Assembly (NCBI GenBank): GCA_002633005.1
Contig: NMRA01000026.1
Coordinates: 701,816-765,815 of the forward strand
Source of the DNA: Phoronis australis
Lineage: Eukaryota > Animalia > Phoronida
DNA: 64,000 nt
Direction of reading: 5' to 3'
Shown piece after piece: positions 34,927-49,136 of this stretch; position 1 is the stretch's first letter; the number at the start of each line of letters is the position of its first letter. Below the pieces are notes generated by a model. It saw only the letters and a list, made by a program, of their open reading frames with translations. It searched no databases and was not told the origin of the DNA. A program made the position numbers and the translations under genes.

Positions 34927-37900
34927 TTACAGGTATAGTTGTGGCACCGTGTACTCTTCTGTGTAGTCATCGAATACAACCCATTCCTCCTCCTCGTCTT
35001 CGTGCTCGTCTGTAGCACTCGTGAAGATGCTGCTTCTCTGCGACTCCGTTCCGCTGTCCGGTAGCTCCCCCTGGTGAAAAAGGTCGATTTAGAAATCCTC
35101 GTGTGTTTCACAGTCTGATTTCTTAGGAATTGAAAGTCTACTCTATGGCTTTCATTTATTTACTGCAACTTAAACAAATTTTCAGCTATTGAACCATTTT
35201 AGTGAAATTTCAATGAAATGCGTCGTTTTCGGCTTTAATTACGGGATCGAAACAGAGTGTCAGGCTAAGTCCGGTTGAAGGGAGATCCAAGCTTTCCAAG
35301 GATAATGAAACTCGTGTTTTATTATCGTGTGCATCCCTCATGAAATTTTTGCAGACGTGGGCAAGTGTTATTGGCTGCACTCGATTGGCTCAGCCAGTTT
35401 AGCCGGGTCAACCGGCTAAGACATCTGATTGGTTTGTAAGAAGGAAGACATCTTCTTGAACCAACCAGATGCCTTAGCCGCTTGAACCGGCTGAATGACC
35501 CAAGTACAACCAATGTCAATATAGAGCTTCATCTCGACACTTCACCACGTTCGTAATTCTCTCTAAGTTTCACCAATGCACTTCGTATTTGGTTAAGTTG
35601 GAAAATGAAAATAAAAGACAGATCGGAGTGATCACGTAACAAACCTGTGTGAAAGCTGTTGGTACCTCGTCATCTCTTCCACGCAACATTTTCAGGTGAG
35701 CAACGTCTGCTATATGAACACCAGTAGTGTCCCATTCTCTTGACTCCGTATAATCGGACGGTGTCCTCGCCCAACTATGGTCTAATTGCCGGTTTTCGAT
35801 GTGGTTTGGTTGAAATACTCGGATTTCCTTAATATATTCCGGCAAAGTCTCGTCAACGGTGTATTCCTCAAACACTGTCCATTCTTCTTCGTCCTTTTCG
35901 TCCCCGCTGTTTACTACAGTGTCGTCTAATGCTTCGTGGGAGCTCGAGTCACTGTTACTAGTTCTATCTGTTAGCGTCTCCATTTTCTTATTCTTGTTCT
36001 CATCCATACTATCCCAATCGACGTCTTGTGAAGTATCAAACCCCTCTTCTTCAGCTAACATCCCTGTTTTCATATATATATAATGTAAAAGGTGGTGACA
36101 TAAAATTGACCGAGTAAATTCAATTTCGTGACTGCAACATGACCACAGAGCCGTGAGATATGTTGGATTGTGTCGCGATGTGTAAAGATAACCAAAGATG
36201 GAGGCCGCCTGTTTGTAATCACAGATGAGGAGCTGACCAAATGCAGCGATGGAAGACCTGATGGATGGATTCTCTAACTCTTTTGAGCTTTCTTGTACAA
36301 GTCGTTCTGCATAAGCATGAGCAAACACGATTTCGTTCATATTTACGTAACATAATGTCGCCAAGTAGAAACCCATACTACTAATTGGGATGCGTTGTTC
36401 AGGATACATTTTATATTCCATTTCTACAAACTCTGGCCACGCGCACATCATGTAGTCATTCAGCTGAATATCTTCTGGACCTGACCCTGTCAGGTACTCT
36501 AGCTTTTCTACCACTGCAATGGCGTCAGCGTATCTGTGGCAGTAACACAAAAAGTTCAAAAACAAAATGGCGCTATAGTTGCTTCTGTCTAGCCGAAAGG
36601 CCTTCTCGAATTGTTTTTCCGCCATTTCTATCAGCTGATCCTTGTCTTTCTCATTTTTTACGTTACAACTTTGACATTGGTAGGTCAATGCCAGCTGTGC
36701 AATCGTTGGACCCATTTCTGATGGTATGTATCCGTGATGTTCTTTGAAGGTGTCCACGGCTTCTTTGTAATAAGAGACAGATTTATCCACTTCACCGCGT
36801 GACATGTACAAAGCCGCTAACTTTTCTAGCGTTTGGGCGATTACTCGGTAGTGTTTCGGCGAATCATACGCGTAGTAATCAAGAAGCGCCTCCGCATTCT
36901 CTATGTAAAATTCCCAGCTTTGATTTTGAAAGTGAATGCTTGCAACGACTTCCAATATTTCTATACGCAGTTGTTCCAATCCGGGAGTTATAAATCTTGA
37001 CTGTTGGATGATATCCAGGCTGTGATAGTAATAACTATTCAGTGCCGTCTCATAGTCTTCCTGCATAAGGTAACATTTTCCTAGTGCCAACAGGATCCGA
37101 ATTATCCAACTGACGTTTTGCTGAAGAGACGATTCTGCATTTGTAAGGCACACTTTCAAATAGTCCATAGCTTTTGGAAAGACACGTAACTCTCTGAAGG
37201 AACACCCAAGGATAAAAGTGATTTGACCAACTAGCCATTTTCTTTTCATCGGTAACAGATGTTGACGATTAACAAACAGTCGGGTAAAGATCTCGTGCGC
37301 TAAAATGCACGGCGAAAGGACCTTTTGCATATCGTTTAGAATCCAATATGTGATGCCCCATAGAGAATAAATGCAAGCGACTTCGAAATTTGAGGAATTC
37401 AAACCAAGCAATGACTGATTTAAAACATTTGAGGCACCGAACATGGCTGCTGCCATCCCGTACTTCTTTTGTATGAAGTTTACAACACCAATCATATTCA
37501 AAACATGTGCATGGTGAACAAGGTCGACAGACGACTGGACTTTTATGAGCTCCATTGACTTTTCGTAATACTTAATAGCTTCGTCATACTCATTGTTCAT
37601 AAAACAGCAGTCGCCTAATTTTATTGTTGACTTCAACAAAAAGTTATCCTCGTCTTGAACATCACCTTTCTCAATCGTCTCCACTACTTTGCTGTAAAAT
37701 CCAGATGCTTCTTTAGCATATACACTATAGGAGCCGCTGTGCCTACTTTCCTCATCAGAAAGGTCAAGGTCGTCGACGGAGCCAACCGTAGAGGCGTTGT
37801 CCGAGTCGTAGTCGCACAATCCCGTTTCGAAGTCTACTTGGTCCGTAAGAAAGTCTTTGTTAATCTCGTTATGTACAATAGTTATCATATTGTCCATAAC

Positions 37901-40900
37901 CGTTTCGCCATGCCAACGTTTGCTCATGTATAAATCGCCTAGCTGAAACAGCGTGTCAATCACCTCAATATGGTCGTCTCCGTAGATTTTCTTATATTTG
38001 ACCAACACCCTCTCCATGAAACCTATGGCCCCTATTGGATCACCCTGGTCCCTTTTGATTCTTGCCATGTTTTTCAACATCGTGGCAACGTGTTTTTCAC
38101 TAACTGAGTTGGCCTGAACAGTCCGGAAAATGTTAAAACTCCGAATATAAAGAAACAGAGCTTGCATCATTTCTTTCTTCTGCAGTAACATGTCGGCAAG
38201 TCTTGAAATGGCGAAAGCTATAGTAACAGTGACAGCATTACCGGTTATTGGTGGTATTGTCTGGTCTGCTTCTTCCTGAATACTACTTGAAGAGGATAAC
38301 CTATCTTTTCTGTACTTGTCTCTCAACTGTGCAAGTCTCTTTTTGTGATCTTCCGCATCATCTGGAAGTAAGCTAGGAACACTTGACCGCTTTTCTTCAC
38401 CTGAAACGCGAGATTCTGTGGAAGACGTCTTGAAATCACGAAATGAGTGTGTGCGCGCAATACCAGTGCAACGCTTGCTTGTTCGAAAAGAGAAGGCCCT
38501 TCTTAAAGAGCTTGACGATCTGCATGGTTGTATATTTGCGTCATCACACGTGATGCTGTCTTGGTGCAAAATGACTGATCTTGGACGGCTTCGTGGAGCA
38601 CGTGAACTGCTCTCCTCAGGCGGCGTCCATTCCGCCTCTTCCGGTTCGTCAGTTGGAACGTCACACGTTTCACTCACATCCGAGTCACTGTCGTCTATAG
38701 GTTCCTCTGGAGATTCGTTTTCCAGCTTATTATTGCAGTACGTCATCAGATTTTGCACCCAAGTCAGCTCTGGTGGGCTTCCTTTTGCTCCTTGTGCATC
38801 TCCGGTTTCCTCGCCGGGCAAAACTTTTTTGACCTCGCTGCTTATACTTTTGTTTTTCATCACAGCGGTTTTATACAGACTTGCCAGCAATTCAATGTCA
38901 ATGCATCTGAAGGCGTTTCGCGCAGCGTCAATCAAATCGTCAAGTTCCTCTGATTTATTCTCTACCGATTTGCTGTCGTTTATTCCCTCTTTCAGAAGTG
39001 TAAGTGACGCTATCAACCACCATCGTGCTTCCATGGTGTTATATCGCGCTTTCTTGGCTTTTCGTGAATATACCTCCGCCAAATCATTGAGAGCTTTAAC
39101 ATATATTTCTCTGTTTTTACCGGGAAGCTCTCTCGCATTTGTTACTATCTTGCACAGCAGACGTTCAGCAGATGCCATTTTACAGCTGCTCAGAAACTGT
39201 TGCGCTTCGTTTAACCATTCTTTAAGGTCGTCGTTAGTTGTTAGCGCTACCTGTTGGTCGTCTGTTGCTTCGTCGCTGACGTCATTCTTCTACAAAAAAC
39301 AACACAAACTAACCTTTAAACATAACACACTTAAATATTTATTGACATCTGGCGTTGTTCCTTAATTGAATTGCCAATTTGTAATTTGGTAAACTAGTTT
39401 GTGGGCTATGAACCTAAGAACTAATTTGATGTGTAGGGCCTAGAGTTACTCGCAATTGTTATTAATAATTTGAATCATAACATGGCCTCGGTGATTCATG
39501 TTACGATTATTGGAAACGAAGACGCTGGTGATTCGATGCTGCTCCCTTTTAATATTTACATCTGATGACCCGGTTAACTGAGCCTCGTCTGTGTTTGTTC
39601 GAGATCCATGAGTGTTTATCTGTTTAGCGTATTCTTATTCAGTAAATGGATGTTTTTGAGGGTAAACTAATAATGTTTATTTGACAAGTTTTCAACTTCA
39701 TGACTCATGTTACCGCCGTGCATTATATGTCTTCTTCCCAACGTTTGGCCGCCCGCGTTAATGAGCCATGGCTCGGGGTCGGTAAACTCTCAAGGCAACA
39801 AAAATATTCACCTGACTGAATAAAAACCATACTAGTTTCACAGGATGGCAAACAACCCGCATTTTATCTAGTAATATTTGACGTAGCTTAGTAAATCATG
39901 TCAAGAAGTCATTTTTTATATTTATTTCTAGTCTTGGATTACTTTGAAGTCATCACCATAGTGACAAAAGTTTCCAAAGATGATTTTGGCTCATGGTAGC
40001 CGCGTGGTAGCAAACGGCTTGTTTTTGCATTCAGCGGCTCAATGGACCGTACAGCGTTGTATGAGTGTAACGTAAATACAAGTTAGAACCAGTCTGTTAT
40101 TGATTTTGGTAAGGTTCTTAAATAAATTTATGTGACGTCTTCACCGTGTATATTTTCAAATTTGCCGATTTCGGCATAAATGGTGAAGCTTTTGTTATTG
40201 TTGCTACATGTAATTTTCTCCAAAAGTGACAGTGAATAGAAGCCGTGTGGATTTTTTTTTGTTTTTTGACCTCCCCTCTCTGATCAGTCGGCGCCATCGA
40301 ATTTCACCCCACCCTGTTGTCATCAGATCTCATCACTCTCAGTCACCACGTCCAGTCTTCTTAGGTCTATTTAAGCAAGACTAGAAAAGTCACTGCTTAA
40401 AAATTTAGGTTATAAATACCACCATTTTGTGGCTTTTGACAGGAGCAAACCGCGATCTGGGCGTAGACTCACAATCATCTATTTTTATACCCTCAGCATG
40501 TCTTTAAGCTCATCAAGTTAACAGGCTGTGTTCTAGGTCAGATTATCACATACACCGCGCTCTCATGTGTTGTGACAAGCCAGTCTGTAGTATTAATCTA
40601 AAACGCATTTTTTCAATTCATTTAACAGGTTAGCCAATATTGTCAGAGAAGATTTCAAGTGAATACTGTTTTGTTGAAGCCCCACATTTAAAACACTGCT
40701 ATTTTTAAGCGACTATAAATCCGCTTTCCACCACGGAGCAAAAATGGCTAAGACCATTCATCGTTATGTAATTTCACCTTGTTCTTGCTTGATACTAGAA
40801 CGTACAAATTGTCACGGCGTGTCATTTTTTGCGCCGAGCGTAAAATGAACTTCTCTACTTCTTTGCAAATCCAGAAATTAACTCCCACCCGAGTGAGAAT

Positions 40901-41422
40901 CAAGTCAAGACCAATTTTATAGCAGGAAATAGCTTTGTAGACGGAACGCAGATTTACAACTGCTTTAAGGGAAATTTGAATATCCAGTGTTTTAGACAAC
41001 TGACACGATAAAACGATGAGCGTCCAGACAGTCGGTAGCAAAATTTCGAAACGAATCTGCTTCTAGGAAATTTTAGCAATTCAAAAGGGTTCCCCTCGAA
41101 GTTTTTTTTAAAATGCACGCGCATTATCATTATCTCCAGTCTATGTTGCCCCCACCCCACACCCCTAGATCGGGGTTCGTTATTGTTTGAAAGTAAATAC
41201 TTGATTTCGACGATTAGCATACAGCACTACCGTCGATAGAAATAAAAAATCATCCAAAGGTTATGTACAAATTCGTGTCAAGTTCCTTACCGCATGTTCA
41301 TTAATTTGCGGTGCATTTTGGCGGTCGTTGTCAGTGCCCTGGTCTGCCTGTTTGTGTTCGTTGTCAGCATGTGCTGGTGCGCCCTTCGCGAGCTCTTCCC
41401 TGATCGAAACACCAGACGACAT
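34927..41422 (-). CDS. Large TPR-repeat protein (~1306 aa; kinesin-light-chain/NPHP3-type TPRs, acidic disordered linkers); exons 41422-41291, 39289-35645, 35070-34927
   Basis: The 1202-aa ORF extends in frame to the acceptor tttgtag at 39289. An upstream exon MSSGVSIREE...NEHA ends in gtaagg. The donor CAG|gtttgt at 35645 joins the phase-0 terminal exon GELPDSG...VPQLYL*. TPR-like units include KIYGDDHIEVIDTLFQLGDLY, LGDCCFMNNEYDEAIKYYEKS, LGKCYLMQEDYETALNSY and LAALYMSRGEVDKSVSYYKEA. The start codon is uncertain. Confidence 0.85.
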
Positions 41423-42580
41423 TTCCTCTTCGATATTCCTGCTGCCTTCCGTTCCTTTGGGCCGACTTCTAAATCTTGAAAATCTAAAACAATTTTAACC
41501 GAGTTAAACCAAGCACTTACAGTTTTTTACCTTAAATCGTCAGCCTATGAACGACATCAAAAGCAATACGTTACGTGTTATTTACGTGGTGGAGCTCCGG
41601 TGAATCCACTAGTGCAGACGACGTACGTCAACATTGGAAGTGCAGACACACGCCGTTGACGTTGCAACTGAACGCGTTCATGTGAAGTTGTGGGCTTTAA
41701 GGCATAGCATGGCCGAGACATTTGAACCTTACGATCAACACCTCATCACCCTGGCAACAGCCATCCATCATTTTGACGTGTTGTTTCTCTTCCTCCAGCG
41801 AGCAACCATATTTTAAGTTCTAACAATGATATTGTAAAATCTTAATGAAAAGGTTATCATTCGGCTTGGTTTATTGGTTTCGCCAGAAAAATTCTCTTAT
41901 CGCTTTGGCAATGTCGATCTCTCCAGACCATTCCCACGGAGTAAGTGAAAGCGCGTACTCATTTTCAAATTCCAAATAAATGCATGTAAATGAGATTTTG
42001 CTGATTCTGATTGGACCGGTGACTTAATGTCGGCATTAGCTCGTCACACGAACGTCCGAACCTTGTCACCTAGAGAGTTGAGTTGAGTTGTGTTGTCACA
42101 TTGATTACAAAATAATAAACATGTCTAAAGGTGTTCTTGTCCATTTCGGGACTTTAAGTGAAATCAATTCTAAAAATCCCGACATTCTATAAGACTCCTG
42201 CCTTTCAGAGAAAATTTAGAACTGATGCATTTGAAAATCTGGGATTCAGAATCTTTGTGAATCCTCGTGAAAATTAATTGTAAACTATCATGTTTACTAA
42301 CTGCGCCACCTGCTGGTGTGATGTCACAAACAATCACAAGGGCACTATATGAAATAAAAATTGATTACTGAGTGTCATTTTTCTTTTTTCCAAGTCTTCA
42401 CAATGTTGAGCATTAATTGGAGCAGTGGTAAAAAAGTCCGTTTTATTATCATTAACTTTAGGATGACACCTTGTATGTTTCCTCCGTTTGCTTGGTGCTT
42501 TCATGCAAGCCTACAGTTTGTGTTCCTTTTTGTGACGTCACATAAGGTTGGTATAACTGGTCAATTATTTACAAACATGA

Positions 42581-42803
42581 GGCCCGCGCCAAGAAAACTG
42601 ATTTAGCTATGACAAATCTTAAATTTAAGCCAATTGTAAGATAAAACTTCAGTTTGTCTGAAGTCCGTTTCAAGTTTGACTTAAAATTTGTCTGAAGTTC
42701 AACTATCTTTATCAGGCGTGGACATTTCAAAGTTTGGAACTTGAGACAAATCTTAAGACTTGACTCAAAAATGAACATAAGCCAGTTTCTTGGACCGGGT
42801 CCC
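42581..42803. mobile_element. PIF/Harbinger-like MITE
   Basis: ggcccgcgccaagaaaactg ... ccagtttcttggaccgggtccc imperfect TIRs, flanked by TGA on both sides. Confidence 0.55.
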
Positions 42804-45800
42804 TGAATTATGTACGCTGAGAATAAAATACTGGCAATTAGTTTGAAAATATAAACACGTGAGTGATCAAAGCGACTTCAAACTAGTTGAAATGGAGATG
42901 ACAAAACGTGTGATATTTCGTTTAAAATCCCATGCAGCGGAAACTACATAAAGTCGCAAACTTCAAATTAGCGGTGACGAATGTTCCTGATGAATCATTC
43001 GCTTTATGGTTTCATGATGTGCAATTAGGAACGCCAACTCTCAAAATTACAAAGGGTTACACCATTAAACATAATGAAGATCTGTGGTTTTCGAAGATGG
43101 CGCTACAGTCGTGAGGCTTAACTATTAAACAATGGCAGTAAAAAATAACAGATGTGACAAATAGAAATCGTTGGAAACAAAGTCGTGTTACCTTTGTGCT
43201 CATCAAAAAGCATTTCATTTAGCGCGGGGGTGGAACTCCACCAAGTTTAAAAAGAAATTTTAGACCATTAGCACAATTTTACTACCATTAGATCAAGTAA
43301 AACCTTTGCATAACAATAGCTTTGACCATTCCTTGCAAAGTCTACTAAACCGACCAGCCTGACTGACGCTTAGACGGCTGTGGATAAAGTCACCGGTCAC
43401 CTCAAACCACAGGATGTGGTATGCTGCGACACAATGAGACAGTGTCGCCGCTGAAGAATAATTTGTATATCTCATGGGAAACACTAATTACCATATGACA
43501 GAAACAGGCTTGTGAGAAATCACCAAAACAGCATCATTATACCCGTGACCAGAAATTTTATGAGCTTACTCTGAAGAAACAACTGTCAGCCAGTTCTGTC
43601 TGAGCTCAGAGATCACTTCTAAACTGAGTAAGGAACAAGATAGAACCAATCACGGCATATGGTACGTTTTAATCAAAACTTGAACGAAAGTACGGGTATA
43701 AAGCCCCTTTAAGTGTCCCTATAGCAAGGGTCTGTCATCTGTAAGGTCTTTCGGCGCTTACCTCCTCCGGTAGTCGGCACCAAAATTAGAACAGATGCAA
43801 AGTTGCAACGTTTTGGAATAATGGAGTAGCGTCTCGCCCCACTGAAAAATTGGCCGTTTGGCGAATAATAGCCTAACCCAAATGCGAAGGTTATCTCGTT
43901 TCAGTAGCGGCACATAGATCTCCACAGGTATTTTTGGCGTCCTCGTGTGACCAGTTTCATTGTTGATTTCACAATAAAGGGATTATAAAGGGGGTGTCGG
44001 AATTTTTATTCTTCTTATGCAGTCACTTCACTTTAGACTTTAATCATTAAAAGCGCCTCTGAACTTCGGTAAATGGTTTTAACGACGCGATTTCACTACT
44101 GGGCAATGTAGTGACGCCAGTGGCTATCGTGGTCGGTTACCTATAGAATGATTTGTATGTGAATTCATCGAAACAAGTAGGCTATTACCATAAAAATTCG
44201 ATCGAAACAAATAACTTAATGGACCTGAAAAGTATTAGATAACAAACTGATGACCGTATGGCCTGGTGGATGACCTTTGGCTGAATTGATGGCCTATATC
44301 CGTTTTCTTTCTACGGCTCCTCGTTCTTGCCAGCTCGTCGTTCACAGATTCATAACACATTAATTTTCGGAAGCAAAAAGAATTTAGCTCTAGTTGAGCA
44401 GAGAATATAAACAAAAAGTGCTACAACTGAACTAGACGGAAATTCACCCGATGCAGAAGACAACCTAGTATTGTCTAGCCGGGGTTCTTCTGTGTCCAAT
44501 TTGTTCAACAATTTTGACAGTGAACAAGTTCGAGGCCGGGATGGACTGTAATAGCCTCCCGTATGTTGCCTCGGGGCATAAACATCAATTGCTGGTCTTT
44601 CAAAACGCCGTACGTGGTAGTAAACTCCAGGATTCAGAACGCTACCCTAGATTTGTAACGCTTCACTCATTCTCACCTTTTCTCCTTTTGACCTATGTTG
44701 ATAAGTATTACACGAATATTAATGACACTGTGAACCTTGTTCTGATCAAAACATTTTTTTTTCACGCGTAGTCAACCTTCCAAAGCAACGTTATTGCGTT
44801 CTTATCCTTTGTTTGAATTAAACTTGGTTACAATAATTCGCCTGGAATTCCCCTGCCGGTAATCTACTGCACTAGCGACTGGAATTAGCCTGTTGCGACC
44901 AAAGGTAACATCATTTATACACATGTTTATTACGACCACGTAACTAGATGGGCCTGAGACATTGGCTACAGTTGTAGCCACAGAATCATTTTTAATCGAG
45001 TGAGGAAAAATGTGAGATTTTATTGCAGTTAGCGAGAGGCCTAAATCAAAAGTTGTTGCCTCACGGAAGGCGTGGCTTTACTGACTCTCCGATATTCCTG
45101 TTTTGAGCACACAATCTTACCCGTCAACTCATGGTCAACCGATCTACTGAATTTCAGGTCCTCACAAATCCGTAGCTTTTCCGCACTTCATTGTACACAC
45201 GACACGTCCGTTTTAACCAGTACACAGACGCTAACTGGAGGTACGTGTGTTAAACAGCTAACAGTTATTAGATAATACCCAACAATGCAGAACAAATAAA
45301 ATAGAAGCGTTTTCGCATTAGCGAACGAGGTTTTGAATGAGAGCGTGATTGAAATGGCTTTACGTGTCGATGGAATGCTGGTACTGGATAAATACGACGG
45401 TAACAATAGTTATTCAGACATAACGTGTCAAATAGTTGCGCTATATTAACCCAGTAAACTATGGCGCGTGGGATGCGTCGATCTTACCTTTACTCGCCCC
45501 TTGCTTGGGGTCCTGTGAAGCAAAATATATAAAGTGGACTCCTCACTCTTCGGATAACTCCATGACGAGCTGAGCGGCCTTCTCACACAGCTGAATGAGC
45601 CAGACACTTAAAATAACGTCTGTTTGTATATGTTAGTCAGGAGGATGACCTTTGGCGATGGCTCGAATTTCAGCTAACTGACGCAGCCATGTGATTTATT
45701 TAGAGCACCAGGGCAAGGTTTACCCTAATGAAATTTAATACAAACATTCTTCCTCAATTACGATGGAGTGGGGATTTTCTTCAACGCAATACAATTCTTG

Positions 45801-46484
45801 CGCATTACTCGTCGATTTAGGCTGGATTAATTTTTTTATTTAACCCGGAAGTGAACACTGACCCCGCCTTCCCTGGTGGTGAGTGACGGGTAAACGATGA
45901 ATACCTAAGAAATGACGTTGAGAATGCCTGGGGGCCAAATTTACAAGAGCGCTTATTCTAAACCTCTTCAATTATGGCACACTCACCTTGTCCACGGAAT
46001 ATGATTGAATCAATTTATTTATCATACCCAAATGTGTTAAAGGAACAATTGCTGTTTTACGGCCGAAAATAAAAAACGCGTTTTGGGATGGCATAGAATT
46101 CCCGAAGTTATAGCTTCGAATAGAGTTATAAAACAACACAACTTCTACAGCAGCTTGCATAAGGCATTTTCATAGTGGCTTACTATTTGTGCATCTACAA
46201 ACGCATATCTGAAATGGAAGAGGATCAAATAGGAACTGACAAAATAAAGACCTCCCCTGACTCTTGCTAAACTAACACGTATAGTCATGGATTCTATATC
46301 ACAAAATTACTTCGAAGCATTACTCCTATTACATAGGTTGAAAGTATGCTGACCAATTTTTACCACATTGACTGCACATCCGATCAAAATTGTTCCAATG
46401 AGACGCTGGGAATCCAAGCCAAGGCCAAAAAGCGTATTTGTTTCTGGTCTGCATTCAGATTCAGTTTAAGACTAATGCGCTCTG

Positions 46485-48385
46485 ATACGCCGTAAAATGT
46501 AACAATTCCGTAAAATGTAACTGCTACATTTTACGCCATTGTTACATTTTACGTCGCTGGGCATCTCCTAAAATGTAACAAGCTGTTACATTTTTTTAAG
46601 TGTTACAATGTACGTCGAATGCACAGGCGAAAAATGTACCGGGTCCCTTGTTACATTTTACCAGAGCGACGTCATATTTCTTGAGTTTGCATGGTATATT
46701 TGCCACACGGAGGAAAACGGTCAACACACTTAACGCCTTCTTTCTCGGATTGTTTGAATGAAATTCTATCTAATGTGCCAGCTCGAATTTAAAGATGTGT
46801 CCCTATGTGCTTTCCATTGTTTTTGACACGTGTAGTTTCTTGGTATTGTCAAAAATGTGTCCCGCACAGTTTCAACTACAGACAAAAGGAGTTTCCAGGA
46901 TCAGGTAGCAATTTTTTATTGTTAAAATGTTCTTGCAATTTTTTATTGGCGCTCACATGTCATAAACGAATTGTGTATCCGGCTTTACAATAAACACATT
47001 TCCCTTGGTCAGCACAACAGAAACAATGACATCGTATTTGGGTGGTATTTATCATATTTCTTTGGGAACAAACGACAATAACAAAAATTTTAATTCACGA
47101 AGAATTTAATTTCGGAAGCTAATTTGATAGAAAAAAACACCCGTTTTTCAGTGTTATTTGCCTTTGAATGATCTCTGATGCAGTTATTGCCTTGCTGATG
47201 CCGACGGGTTCTGTCTACCACCTTAGTTACGAATGACACTTTTTTAAGACATTGTGGAGGCAGGAAATAAAAGCACACATTTATTTGCTGTACGTTGGCA
47301 GATTTTGGCAATGCAACAGCAAAAGATCGCCTCTGAGAAGAGCGAGCCAATAGTTCAAAATAGTGGAGGCATAGTAACGTGTTTTAAGCAGCTTAAAAAA
47401 TGAATGAAATATCATTGTAACGGTTCCTTTTTATGTCAGTAGTGATATTCGGTTGCAAGCGCCATGTCAAGTTTTTTGGCGCGAAACGGGGCTCGTGATG
47501 GGGCTACTGTAAAAAGGCCTGCTTAATTAACGGCTGGATTGTGCTATGACACCCGTATTTTGATGTTTTTCACCAATGCATGTATTTTAGATTTAAAAAT
47601 AGTCATTTTGGCACCATGGTAGGTCTTTAAGGCTGAACAGAGGAGTCCCTTTAAAATCCTTTTGAAACAGCACTCGCTGTCCACTATGGGAAGTCCGGTG
47701 AAAACCTTGAATTATAAATGATATGATTTTAAAATCTTTGAGGACCCTGATGCATTAGAACTTTGCTAAACATGTACTGTGTATATTGCACTGTGTCCTC
47801 AATAAATAAATTCAAAAATATTCCTAATAATGATAATAATAATAACGATAACAGGTAATAATAGTGATAGTGGTGATAGTAGTATTAACAGTAATGGTAG
47901 TAATAATATTAATAGTAATGTAATACTAATAATAATGATAATGTGTAGCCAGATTGATGCAGTGTCAACCACCAGGGTTTTTTCATAGTAAAAAAATCTA
48001 CAAAATGGAGTCATTTTTGTCAAATACTATCTAAAAGGGTGCCTTTTCTGATTTTCTGGAACAGTAGTGCGCGAAAATGTGAATTTTTACACAAAATTAG
48101 TTTCTGAATGGGTCACTTTTTGTCAGAGCCCACTCTCTAAACGGGTAGCTATTCACTTTTTCCGGGCGGCACCCCTCGTCCAAAAGTACTCAACTATCCT
48201 CGGCCGTGTAAGACACAACTTGTTCGTGATTTTGGTCATTTCTTTGAAATATGACGTTGGTCTCGTAAAATGTAGCAATGGTACATTTCCCGCATGTGCA
48301 TCCGACGTAAAATGTAACAACATGTTATATTTTAGGAGGGGCTTAGCAACGTAAAATGTAACAATGACGGAAAAACGTAATTTGC
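46485..48385. mobile_element. Foldback-like element bounded by ~150-bp inverted arms rich in CGTAAAATGTAAC motifs
   Basis: 46540-46640 (gttacattttacgtcg...gtcgaatgcacaggcgaaaatgtacc) is an imperfect reverse complement of 48279-48365 (ggtacatttcccgcatgtgcatccgacgtaaaatgtaaca...). Confidence 0.55.
47825..47942. repeat. Degenerate (TAA/TAG)n trinucleotide repeat
   Basis: taataatgataataataataacgata...agtaatggtagtaataat. Confidence 0.85.
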
Positions 48386-49068
48386 CAAACGCAGCTATGC
48401 ACAACGATGTAAAAATGCAGTTGGCATTGTTCAAATAGGGTACAGAGCTTGGTTTACTTTTTAGTCGCTTAAATGGCGACGCACAGTTTAAATGTGGCAG
48501 TGCAAAATACCGTGATAGTTACCGCGACTTTTACGACTTGCGGATTATATTTGTGCTTCTGTCTGATGTGTATAATAAATTACTTAATCCCTTCGATTCT
48601 CGTCTTTCTTTCTGCCGCCCGCGAGTCGTTTCTACTGCGGATTCATGAAATGTCGAATTCTACGACGTGCTGTTTGGCAGTTCCACTGAGCCGACTGGTG
48701 GATGAGATGGTCTCGCTACTATCTGATGACCGTTGAGCCGATAATTGAGAAACTTTTGACAGGCCACCATGCGTCCGCTTACGATTCGGGACTCAAGAAC
48801 AATGCAAACGAGAATTTTGGAGAATGACAACAAAATTTCACGATTCGACTTAAGCTGACTGACGGTAAATTGTATGTTCCACTCAAAATACAGAGCATTC
48901 GGCATGATAACTTGTAACAAATACGGGCACAACATGCACTAGCAGGCATCTTTGTGACAGGCAAATTGTCGAAAGCAGTAATTTAAATATCCAGTGCAAC
49001 TGGGTACAGGGGTGTATTGACCACAATGGTGCACGCAGTTCCAAACTTGCCTCGTGACAGCTAAGCAG

Positions 49069-49136
49069 CATGGGCGGCGCACCATAGGGGGCTGGAGCGC
49101 TATAGCCCCACTTATTTCTGCGCTGCGCCGCCCATG
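49069..49136. mobile_element. 68-bp MITE with TIR CATGGGCGGCGCA and 6-bp TSD AAGCAG (hAT6-like)
   Basis: aagcag|catgggcggcgca...tgcgccgcccatg|aagcag read directly. Confidence 0.75.

Noticed and set aside
38418-39365. 315-aa plus-strand ORF
   Set aside because: Antisense shadow of the TPR exon. It is Ser/Leu-rich with no domain signature.
47799-48023. Hydrophobic Ile/Leu-rich ORF as a membrane peptide
   Set aside because: Translation of a TAA/TAG microsatellite.
48880-49060. Cys-rich minus-strand fragments resembling a transposase C-terminal CxC domain
   Set aside because: Needs several frameshifts and there is no catalytic region. Too weak to call.
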